Source of the DNA: Takakia lepidozioides
Taxonomy: Eukaryota > Plantae > Bryophyta
Length of the DNA stretch: 64,000 nucleotides
Assembly: GCA_030704615.1 (NCBI GenBank)
Contig: CM060732.1
Location: 27,962,001-28,026,000, forward strand
Direction of reading: 5' to 3'
The position numbers and the translations under genes were made by a program. The notes below the pieces were generated by a model that was not told the origin of the DNA, made no database searches, and saw only the letters and a list, made by a program, of their open reading frames with translations. Positions 23,008 through 34,700 of this stretch are shown here, piece by piece; within the stretch, counting starts at the first letter, position 1; the number at the start of each line of letters is the position of its first letter.

Positions 23008-25375
23008 ACAAAGAGGACATCCACAGATTTGTCTCTCATATAGACCAGAACAGGTTCTAGAAACAGAATTGTGGATCTTTCACGGCACACTCAAACTCTA
23101 AAAATTCCATAGATTTTTAGCAGAGTCCCAAAAGCAAAAACCAGATAGGTAGATTTCCCCTTTCTGCAGCTATCCCCTCAAAAACTGTGTCAAACGGAGC
23201 TCATATGACAAAGATATGGCCAAAGTGGCTCTGTAACTATAATAAATGACCTTAAATAGAAACAAATACAAAGAAAAACTATTTTCAATTGGTTCCCTTT
23301 GGTTTCCTGTTCCCATTTTTTATTTTTATTTTTATTTTTTCACTACAGTATAGTCACCGTTCCCAGGTGCCCATCGATTAATGCACCAACCAAATTGGAT
23401 TCACCAACGCAATGGTGTACGCTGATGCGATACATCTGATGTCAGCCGCCTGTCCAGTACCACAGATGGGAGGAGAGTAGCAAATCACACGCCCATCTTC
23501 CCCAAACATAGTATAATCCAGGGCTGAAGGATGCAAGTGCGACACTGCGCAGATCACATCATCTCCAAAGGGACAACTAGCTTGTGAAAGAGATGCTTGC
23601 AAACAGGAGTTCCTGGTGGCAGCCATAACAGAAGGCCCGCTCCCTTCTTCCCATTTGCCTCGGATAAATCACCAATCTCTTCAAACAGGGGCACCTATTA
23701 TCCTCTCCCGTGTATCTACACATTCCGGAGAAGCGGGATCAGTGTTGCCACATCCCTCGACAATATACTCGATATATTTGGTGAACCCGATGACCACCTT
23801 TGACAGGGCTCAACGCACTCATCCCAGGTAATATATTCCCATGTGTACTGTAGGTAGATGGTCATCTCAAGCTCATCGCCTTCAAAGCCCTCCTTCACAA
23901 CATAGCGCTTCCCATCTGTGCAGCACTAAAGGCCTCCCAGGTAACTTTCTGCTAAAGGATCTCCTTTGCGGTCCACAGCCACATTGTGAAGATCACACGC
24001 CAAATCCAGTAGCTGACTGCAAATTGTTGTAGCCTCTAATTCGGGTAAAATAATAAACACAACTGGATCGCTCAGGCACTGTCGACCTTATGGCAGTACA
24101 CCGGCCCCTAGCTTCTTCTTTATTTTCTACCCTCCTTTGTAAGGGTTAACACGGCACATGATAAGCTAGGGGCTGGAGAAGCAGTGCTGGAATCCATCTC
24201 ATGCTTTTAAAATGACGCCAACGTCAGCCCATAATTCATCACTCAGTTCCCTGCAACGGATTGTTGTCCGCTATAGCTCTGTGCCAGGTCAATAGGGATT
24301 ATGGGCTAAGGTAAACCTTGTGGGCTGCAGCCATTTGTGAGGCATTTAGTGACTGGTGGGGACGAGGCCCTTACACATTGTCTTTCTGTAGAGAACTTCC
24401 TCAAAATAGGTGTAAAAGATTTCAGAGAAGAATAGAAAAGAAGCAACCGACACTCACTGCACCCTAGTTTGTTGACGGCCCCCCGTGTGTCACAGCCGTG
24501 GACATTAAGAATCCATATCGGCTCGTAGCCCTCAGCAAGCACGGAAGGAGCTGCAGTCTCTTCAGCAAAGGGCGCGGGGATAGTTGACTTGGTGCGCCTG
24601 GTCTCCGCACCAACACCAAAGTACTGCATCAACGTCTGTCCAGCTGAGAGCTTCACGCCGGAGCCAGCAGCCTTCAAATGAGGCAGCGTGTAAGGTGGAT
24701 TGAGACGAAGAGTGCTTCTTCTCCACAGATTTCAGTAGCATCTCCTTATAGGTGTCTACATCATTGCTCGGTACAGAGAACTCGTACGTGATCCAGTGGT
24801 GCAGGTACACGTTGTTCAGAGGCATGACCATCCACAAACTCGTCCACAAACTCCGCATAGCAGTCCCTAATTCCCAGATGGCCCTTCGGAGCATCCACCA
24901 CGAAGTATTTGTTCTTTACGTCCCCAAGACTAGAACAATGCGGCGTCGCTGCTGGGTGGCTGGTTGCAGCCGCATCACTAATCGAACAACTCTAGAATGC
25001 TACCACAGCCTGCCCTGAAATCACCGCTCCAGTGGTCACCCCATTGGCCGCTTCCTCATTATATCCTCTTTCTTTATTGCTGCCACTTAATCCCCATTCT
25101 CAGATATATACACAGGTTGACAAAAATCGTAGCAACATCTCAAGCTTTCTGTTCTGCTCCACTCGGCACACCTAACCAGTCTAGCTGCAGGCTCCCCGTG
25201 ACCAAGCTACATTATAATAGTGCTTAAAAACAAAAACATCATATCTAGCTTAGCACTAGAAAACTAGATAGAGCTCATCCCTCTCGAGTGATAAGAAAAG
25301 CCAAGAACACAGTGTTGACACAAGAAACATGAAAACCAACACCATCACTCTTTAAAATAGTAGTCGAGCCAGGGG

Positions 25376-25645
25376 CACCCCAAGCTATGGGGACTCCACC
25401 CCACAACAACCTATCCTCCCTTCATAAGCATACTCAGCTTCTAAAGCATGAAGGAGCTCGGTCGCGCAGGCTCAACTCGAGAGAGATGAGCTGCGCGACT
25501 GCCGCTCTCGTGAAGATAAGACGGGTCAGGTGTCAAACTAAACTTGACACCTGATTTAACACTTGACCTAAATCCAAGTGTTAAATACAAATAACTAGCT
25601 TTATTCTAGCTAGTTTCACACTGTGCTTATTTAACTTGATAGCTG
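25376..25645 (-). repeat. Partial LTR-like copy (candidate 5' LTR of the DNMT-gypsy element)
   Basis: Near-identical to 172-407 plus a 34-bp segment between GAGCT repeats; lacks canonical ends. Confidence 0.6.
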
Positions 25646-26470
25646 AAACAGCCCCTTCCACGCCATAAAAGGCGTAAACAGTTGTGGATTGCGCATCTGC
25701 TGCAAATCACACCAACTATCAAACTCCTGTATGAAATCATCAAGCTCGATGGTGCCCACAGCTCTAGAGTACCGACGTGGCCCCTTGGTAGCTCCATACC
25801 TTTCCTCCATCGTATCCCACAACAATGGCACGGAAATGGTTTGCACCCTCGGCGAGAATCCTCCTAATTCTGAGTCTGAACCTTCTTCAGAAGACACTGA
25901 AGGTGAAGGTGGCCTAAACCGCACACCTCGTCTTGTATACCCACTAGTATCGTTGGTGCTCGTACCGGCACTCTCCTCAGCAACTGGTGGCACCTCTGTG
26001 ATAAAAACTCACAACCATACTTGTTGTAAACCTGTCTCTAATCCCCATTTCCACAAGGTAACTGGGTAGAGAACCTGTTGCGGCTTATGGCTTAAACTAC
26101 TAGGTTCGTGACATAAACCTGCACCTGCATTCACCGCAAGCACTCTTATGGTCTGCTGGACATCAACCCAACCTCACCATAAGAGAAACAATGATGGTCT
26201 GACTGGTCATCACCCCAGCCTCACCACCGACAGCACGCTCTAGGATTGACCGGTGATCAAAATCGCAACAGGCATTGAAACAAGCGCCCACACAAAGCTA
26301 ACATGGCACACAGTCAAGTATGCAGGTGTGGACGGGTTCCAAACACAAGAAAACCAAGACAGCAACTCCTCCACACCAAAAACACTCCACAGTGTCGCTC
26401 CTGCAATGACACCCTAGCCCAAACCCGGAGTGACTCTTGCCTCCACCTACGGAAAGGTTTTGGCCTACAA
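25646..26470 (-). mobile_element. Truncated relative of the DNMT-gypsy family (leader + gag N-terminus)
   Basis: YTRRGVRFRPPS..YGATKGPRRYS..ELDDFIQEFDSWCDLQQMRNPQLFTPFMAWKGLFQ; leader 26118-26460 homologous to 21830-22170. Confidence 0.85.
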
Positions 26471-27120
26471 AGAGGGTGAAAGGCTACAAGGAAGAGAGAC
26501 TAAAGCAATTCCTAATCCCAGCATGCCCTCATCCCACTACCCTATCTCCACACTCTCTGCTTGAACAATAGACAAGACTATCTTTTAAGGGTCTCTCAAA
26601 TAACTCTCCAGAAGCCCTCAAGAATATGTCTCTCAAACAATCTCACTAAGGCTCCCAATCCTTGCACAATGGGACTCCAAAACAGTATACCAAGGTCCCA
26701 AGAGCCTGCCAAAACTTAGCCCTCGAGGACCCCAAATAGTCCCAAACACAAGTCGCCAAAGACTCCTCAAGCTCGCCAAATATTGGCCTCCAAGGACCCC
26801 AAATAGTCCTCCAAAGATCTTGGACTTTGCTTGACTTTACCCTTATGGCCAGAGACTCCACACACAATGAACTCCAAATGGTCCTCCAAGGACCCCAAAC
26901 AGTCCTCCACAGACTCTTCATATGTCCCCATGTTCCCAATGCATTCCTAATGGGTTCCCAATAGATTCCCAAATTTCCCTAAGAATATACCATAGTATTC
27001 CCCTAGTATTCCTCTGGGCTTATACGTATTCCCCTTGTATTCCCCTTAGGAATAGCCATTTCCCCCTTGGAATAGCCATATCTCCTTGGCAATAGCCATT
27101 TCCCCTCTGGGGGAGCATAG

Positions 27121-29188
27121 GGGGACCGTTATGTCCCGATGAGCAGCCGAAGCTCCGAGTTGGCCCGGGCGGCCAGTTTGGGAGTTAGGCGCGCGCATCA
27201 AAGCGAGTAACTATGACTTGAAGGGGAGCTTACCGAAGTAAGGTGCGCGACACTTGATATCAGAGCTTAGAGTTCAGTACGCGATCGTCCTTGAGATCGG
27301 CCTCATCATGGGGTCGGGCAAGCCAAAGCGAAAGCAGAACAGCCGAAAGATGATGATCCCGGTGAGCCCGATGGGGGTGACGTGTCACCGAAGCGACAAT
27401 CGGAAGAGGCGATTCATGCTTCTGAGAGCAAGGCCGCACAAGGATGGGAGGAATTTTGGGAGTCGGAGTCCGAGGATCTTCCAGAGGCTTCGGCAGACCA
27501 ACAGATGCCTCCCATGCCGGCAGTCTTTTGAGAAGGGTTATTGGCGCAGTTTGGCGGGACGTTGAAAGACGTGTTGAAGGCGACTAATGCCACTTCCACT
27601 AAGGCAACATTTAAGGTGAAGCCTAAGGAACCCGGCACCTTTGAGGGCGTCCAGAATCGGAAGGCACTCAACACCTGGCTCTTGGAGCTGGAGCAATACT
27701 TCCGGGCGGCCAAGTTGAGTGACGAGGATCGGGTGGAAGTGGCTCTCACATATTTGAGAGGCTATGCTCAACAATGGTGGCAGAAACACCTTCACGACCA
27801 AGGACCAAACCCGGAAACCTTGAACTAGAGTGGGTTCAAGGAACTTATGAAAAGACAGTTTGTCCCCCTCAACGCGTCCTGGCTCGCCCGGGACAAGATG
27901 AGGAATTTGAAGCAAACGGATGACATTCGGGGATATGTTCAGGCTTTCAATGTGTTGTTGCTCAAAGTCTCGGATATGGCGGAACCGGAAATGGTCTTCG
28001 ACTTTGTGGCGGGACTGGCCCCATGGGCCAGGTGGAAGTTGGAGGAGAAGCCACCTAAGACTTTGGACGAGGCAATTGAAAGGGCTGAATGTTTCTCGGA
28101 TGTCCATAAGGGCGAAAGACGAGGCCGTACAGAGCTGAATCACAAGAAGACTCGGCGGGAAGGTGACTCCATCCGACCGGAAAAGAAGTGGGATAGGCCA
28201 CGCGGCGACAATGGCACATGGAAATCGAAGGGAGGGCCTTCACACGTCAAGGCAGCACCCGGTGCCCCGAAAGGAAAATCAGGTGCGACGGCTTATGGCG
28301 GATAGAAGGCGACCTTCGATGGGGTGTGCTTTGATTGCGGGGAGCCTGGGCACATGACTAAGAAGTACGCGAAGCCCATCAATTGAACATGACTCGGGCG
28401 ACCACATAGCTGTCCGAAGAGTCCATCACCCGCTTGATAGAAGCGGTGGTCGCCAAGACTTGCAAGGTAGGCAACTACTCTTGTGAGTTGTACCAGGAGA
28501 CTGGCCCCTTGCGTAAAGGGAGTCAGTTAATGTTCGTGAGTGGGATAATTTCCGAAACTAACGTGTTGTTGTTGGTGGACACATGAGCGTCGCACTCCTT
28601 CATGACACCGGCAACGGCACGGATGCTGGGGCTCCCGACAAGTGATATAGGGGCCTCCATTGAAATGCGTTCGGCCAAAAGAGAACCACAGTTGGCGACG
28701 AGGTTGGCATTCGATGTTCCTCTTCAGCTCGGGAGTTGGAAGGGCCGTGAGAACTTCACCATTTGCGAGATCGATGGAATGGAGCTCATTTTGGGGATGA
28801 CCTTTTTGAGCAAATCCGGAGCGGTCATAGATGGCCGCAAGAGAGTAGTCACGCTACCGTGTGGGGATGGTGGCGAAGTCTTACAAGTGTCGGAAACACC
28901 CAACCGAGTGGGAGGGCGAATAAACTTGCTGATAGCGAGGGAGTGGGCCGTGGAGTCCTGAGCCACACGAGCCCCAGTTTTTGCTTTACGTAAGACAAGT
29001 GGTAGGAAAAGTCGATAGGGAGCCGAGCCCAGATTGGATCAAGGGGATCTTGGAGAAATACCAGGATGTGATGCCGGAGGATTTACCAAGTGGCTTGCCA
29101 CCACGAAGAGGAGTTGACCACAAGATAGAGGTGATACTGGGATCGGAGCCGCCTGCCAAGGCGCCCTAACGGTTGAGCCACATAGAGT
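27121..29188 (+). mobile_element. Older chromovirus copy, 5' half (LTR 3' end to 27252, mutated PBS, gag-PR with stops)
   Basis: Homologous to about 11915-13975 with in-frame stops; ends at GAGCCACATAGAG(T). Confidence 0.9.
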
Positions 29189-31050
29189 GTTAACATGACA
29201 AAAAATTTCTTCGTTACCAACCATGGAGGTAGATTATAATTGAGCACCATGATGGGCCAGGTGGACCAAGAAGTGGATTTGGTGCCATAAGGATTGACCC
29301 CATCCAGTGCCAATCCAAGATGCAGATTTCTTGGATCTGAAGCAAAATCCGGCCATGTGTTGTCAATATGGCACCAAGCCTTACTGTCTGCAGCATGCCG
29401 GACCATGCCATCTGCACTTCTATGATTGTTGTGCCACTTCATGAGCTCTGCCAGCGTCTTAACTCGAAACATCCGTTTCAATCTAGGTATGAGAGGAAAG
29501 TATCGCAACACCTTCTTGGGCACCTTCCCACGGCCGTCCATGTATCGACGACTATGGCACTTGGGGCAATTAGCAGCCTTTTTGAGGTCTCCACGAAACA
29601 ATACACATCCACGCTCATAGGCATGGATCTGTTTGTATCCTAGACCCATCATGGCGATCATATTTTTGGCCTCATACTGCGATTTCGGCAAGGTGTTTTG
29701 TTTGGGCAAAATCTCCAGCCTCAACAATGAAAATAACTCATCCACAAATGCGTTGGTACATCTGTGAGTGGCGCAAGAATTGAGCAACATCAATGTGGCA
29801 GTCAATCGGTTGTGAACGCTCCCATCGTATAAGGGGATTTGGGACTCTCGCATGAGTTTTCCATGGTGAAGATCATTTGGCGCGCCTGCTTCTTCTCCGC
29901 CTATATTTTCCCCATCAGGCATTTCAGAGGGATTTGCGCCATTCTCAACAGCCTCATCATTGTCCAAGTGAAGGGCATTTGGGGCAGGTGTGGGATTCTC
30001 CCGGAGGGTATCTGATATTTCAAATGCATCTTGCACAGCACGGGCAATCTGGCCCGTAGCCCATTGCCGTCTTGTCCATCCAAATTGACGTCGTTTGCAA
30101 CACTCTCTAGGCTACATTCAGCCTCCACTTCAGAGTCGGATGTAATGTAGCCCTGTGAACGCAAATGAACTCATAAATTGGGATACGATGAACAGACTTT
30201 TTTCAAAACTCCCAGATTATGAAATTTCATTTAAACACTGTCATGTAAGCAAACACTTTGTAGAATTGCACTAGTTCAATACAGGTGAATGCTACAAGTC
30301 TCCCCGCACTTGCGAATCAGGAGACGAAATTGGTCGGCCACAGACTTCATTTCGAAGCAGCTTGTGGAGCTCAGACACAAACACAAATGAAAACTACTCT
30401 CATATAATACGGCAAAGTAGGAACACAGTTTTCATCGAAAAACAAAACAAACATACCCTCTGTGATAGAGGGAGACATCCCCACATACAGACAGCTATCT
30501 GCACAGACCAACAAAGTGAAAGCTCTCAACAAATATGCCCAAGTGGGCAGTGCGTTGAAGGCATGACACATGGCAACAAACTGCCAAAAGCCCAAAATGC
30601 ATATTGCCTTCACACATGGCAGTCAACAACGACCATGTAGTCATGACCCTGACTACATGACTCCAGTACAACCAATTGAAGAACACCACGTAGTTGAAAT
30701 GTCCATGATCCACGGTCATGAAGTCATGGACATGACTACTCTGACGCACTACCGACTACATGACTCCATCACTACGACTCCATGACTCCAATACATCCAA
30801 CGGAAGAACGACACGTAGTTCGGACTCCAGTCACTCCCACGACTGTCCAAAATGCGGACATGCGCGGGCGTGCTGCGAGCATGTCAGAGTGCGTGCGTCG
30901 TGCAAGGCGTACCGGGACTGTACACTGTCGAAGGTTTGGGTCCCTCCCATACTTTGTTAGGTGTTTTTTGGCCATCGGTAGAAACTGCGAGATCCCTCCA
31001 TGGCATATTTTGCAGTTGCACAATATTTTGCGGTGCCCTTGTGCAATGGC
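29189..31050 (-). pseudogene. CACTA/En-Spm Tnp2 transposase, N-terminal half (transposase-associated domain + Transposase_21)
   Basis: CNCKIC..KHLTKYG; LRYFPLIPRLKRMF, RHAADSKAW, LGLALDGVNP, STWP, YNLPPWL..KKFFVML. Confidence 0.9.
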
Positions 31051-31751
31051 ATGCGCCTCCTCTAGTCACCACAGTTTCTCATCTTTCCTGCACACACGGA
31101 GTCGTTGAGCTGTTAGCCGAAACCCCGCTCTCGTTGTATACATTGTACTTACACAGGGGGTGTGCAAGGGTCTTTGCAGCTGATGTCAGACTGCCATGGT
31201 CAGGCCCTCCCCGTGCGGTCCTCTGACTGCGTATGAGAAGCTAAGGGAGACCTGCATTGCTCGCAACAAAGAGGTTGAGGCGGAGTTGTTTGGTTCGCAC
31301 CCACTGTGAGTATACTGAGAGGCGGCTCACCCTAGTGTTGTGGCCTAAATCTCGCAGGAGAGCATTCCACCTCAACCGGAGTGCTCAACTGACCCGAATA
31401 CTTTAGTTTGGGGTTGTCAGACATCGCATTGCAGGGGCTTGTCATTAGGGTTTTTTTTTTTTAAATGTGAGAGGTCTACGGTTTAGCCTGAAATTGCCCG
31501 CATCCTTGTCTTTTGGGTTTACGAGTTTTTCTACATTCCCAGTGTTGGGATTGCATTGCTAAGTACACAGAATGATGGTTGTGAGGCGACGCCTGTCTCC
31601 ACACTATCATGGCGCACCATGAAGAGAGCGGGATTGGTTAATTTCTTCATGGGGCGAGGATTGCAGGCTTCTTGCTCCGAAACCAAAGCGTGCTTGCCGT
31701 CGACCTCCACTACCCACGGGACCACCCAGACGCAGTGGAAGGCTAGAAACA

Positions 31752-34700
31752 ATGGCCGACGAGGCACGACAGTATGTAGACGAAGACGAGGAGGAGGATT
31801 TGTTGTGTGTCCCTGCGGGCGAGCACACTGGCGATTCTAGCGAAGATATTCTTCGCCACCCAGCTCCTGCACCCTTGCTTCCCCAGAAACGCCCGTCGCC
31901 GGCAAAATCACCATCTGTAAGCACCTCCTCACTATGACGCCACATCTTCAGCATTTCTATGCATTCACATGCTCAGCATACCCATGAAGGAAGCATGCAA
32001 ATGTACAGAACGTGTCTGAGACTTTCTTAGCATTCCAGGATGTAAATGCACTTCCCACACAGAAGAGGTTGAAAGGTGGAAGCCACAGAAAATCTGGCAG
32101 TGGACGTGGCACAACTTTGAATGCAATCACATTTGGAAAGTTCTCACTTTGGGAATTTCACATTGGGGAGATGGCATTGCTAGAAAAATTGGGATGTAGG
32201 AAGGAAGGGATGCCCGAGCATATAGGCAGTGAAACCCCACAATGGGATAGGAAATCAACCCCTTTTGCTATATCTTCATCGTGTACATAGTTTGGGTTAA
32301 AGTCAAAGGCTCTTACTAAGAGGTTGATACATAGTGATGTTTCTGTTTACAACTAAAATGCAATGTCCATTCAAATGAGTCCATCTACCCACTGATGCAA
32401 GTACTTGTATGCACGCTTTGATACAAGCATGCCAATGGTTTTTGAGGTCTCCCCACTAGGTAGGCTTTGGAATTGGCCATGTAGATTTGGCTCAGCCCCC
32501 ACTTTTCTGAATGGGTAAACAGAAGTGTGGGGCACCTGATGAGTCTGAGGGGATGAGGACCTGCTCATAGGAGGATGAGTACAATCAAAGCTTTAAAATG
32601 GCAGGTGCACGGCGTTAATTTGTTCTAAGTTGCCATGATTTCATTTGAATGCTTTGATTGACTTTAATGTTTGAATTGGTTTTTATTCTGTGCAGGCCAG
32701 GAAGAGGCGAGCTTCCATCGAAGGCGCTGCAGCTGTGGTGGGCAGTCCATCGGGGCGGGGGTTGTTCAAACAAGTCAACCCTGCTACAAACAAGTCCCCA
32801 AGCGCAGAACGACCACCTCCACGACCTATTCCACAGTACCCTCCATACACACATTACCCACATGCCTACCCCACCCCCGATCAGTATGGCGCTGCGGGCC
32901 CTTACAACCCGCACATCCAATACAAGCCCCCTCCAGGTGGTTACCCACAGCAGCCATATGCCCATTCTCCTCCACCTATTCCCCCTTACCTCCTAGACCC
33001 ACATGCTTACCCGGCATCTACACGTCCACCATACGAACCTTTTGGGCCATACGGTGGGCGATACTGTCCCGCCCCCATTCCCCATGGCAACCCCCAGCTG
33101 CCCCACCACCTGAGGTGGCAAAGGAAGAGACCCCTATGACCAAGAAGGAGCGAGCTAATGCTTTGAGGCGGGCGAACAGGCGTGCCAGGGCAGAGGCAAT
33201 CCGAAACCATGATGCGCGAGACGAAGATGGACTCCCCCCTCAAGTGCTTCCGGTTGACAAAGCTGGAGAGCCCATTGGACCAGCACGCAATACCTGGCAT
33301 GCAGCCCTCAAAGGCCAGATGTGGCGTTTGTGTGACATGTCAATGCATATTGCAGCGCAGGATGAATCTGTCATTGAAGAAATATATAGGATTCTAAACT
33401 CTACATTTGCGTACACGCCACGTGGTCTTGACTATGAGCACATGAGGAAGACACTTGGCATTGCCTTGAAAACCCAAAGACACGAGATCCATGCAATGTA
33501 CAAGGCAGGCGAGGGGAGGCCTGCGCATCTGAAGGAAGCTCATTGGGACAGGCTGGTATCGTATTGGCAGACAGCAGGATTCAACGCAAAAAGTGCCCTC
33601 ATGAAGGTTGCAAATTCATCAATCAAGAAGCCTTCAAAAACAGGACGTGGTGGGAAGGCATCTGTTGAGGCTCGGCTTGTAAGTTCACACACCAGCCTTT
33701 TTGCCCTCTTTGCCTTGGCTGATTGTTGTTTATAATGTGAAACAGGCTAAGTCCTGGCAGAAGAGAGTAGAAAAGATTCTCAAGGACCTGGACCTGGATC
33801 CGCAAGTATTGACCCAGCTGGATAAATCTGACTTAGAGGCTGTAGTGTCTGAAGGCATGTCTGTTGCCATCTGATGAAAATGAAGTTAGGCAGAGAACTT
33901 CCCTGAAGTTGTTTCCAGTCAGTGACATGGGGGTGGACATCTTGGATGACCTCAAGGGTCTACCCACAAGTTGGAAGTAGACTGAAATTTAAACTCAGGG
34001 CAGGAAGCCTACCTTTGAACAACAAACAGAAGCAGAGAGGAAAGGGAGAGTGCAATTGTCCGTAGTGTGGGCAATCTGAAGACAATATTCATTTTCTGAT
34101 ACACTGTCCGGGGTTCTCTCACCAAAGAGACGTTGTCTTCAATTCAATCAAGGGAATTGTGCCTGTACCCCTGTTTACCAACTTTGAAACTCTCGAGGCT
34201 GAGCCAAAAGCCGCGGCCCTCCTGAGGCCTAGTTTTGGGGCAAATCACACCCAGCAGATTGATGCTTGTGTGAAGGGTTTTCTAGAGGATATCTGGAAAA
34301 CCCGGATTAAATCTTTATATGAAGGTAAGTCTTACTACCAACGTCAACCCCTGACTGAGGTAGGTTCTGTTCCTTTTGTTCCCGCTCAAACTGGGCGTGG
34401 GGTCAATGGCCAGAAGGCTACGGCAAACAACGTCTTATGAGTACAATGTATAATGGGGTGTCCATTTCCCCCATTTTACACCATGTTAGGAGGGAAGTAC
34501 GAAGTGCCACCAGGCTTTGTCATTGAATTCTCCAAATTATGTCCCCGGCAATCAGGTTTTTCTTGAAGGGGTGTTGCCTGTGGAGTGAACTAAAGTGTTC
34601 ATTCACCTTGTCGCAAGGTGCTTGTAGGCTTTTCTTTAAGGGGGGACCTGCCTTGGAGTACAGATCTGCTATATGGGTTGATAGCTCCAACCAGGCTAAG

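Larger units (their letters stand above)
166..25645 (-). mobile_element. Ty3/gypsy LTR retrotransposon carrying a DNMT3-like cytosine methyltransferase and an integrase-PHD; interrupted by nested chromoviruses at 7868-21585 (about 11.8 kb without them)
   Basis: Minus-strand domain order gag(CCHC)-PR-DNMT-RT-RH-IN-PHD. gag reads through once the 7868-21585 insert is removed. Direct repeat 172-407 / 25376-25645. Outer boundaries uncertain and no TSD found. Confidence 0.85.
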
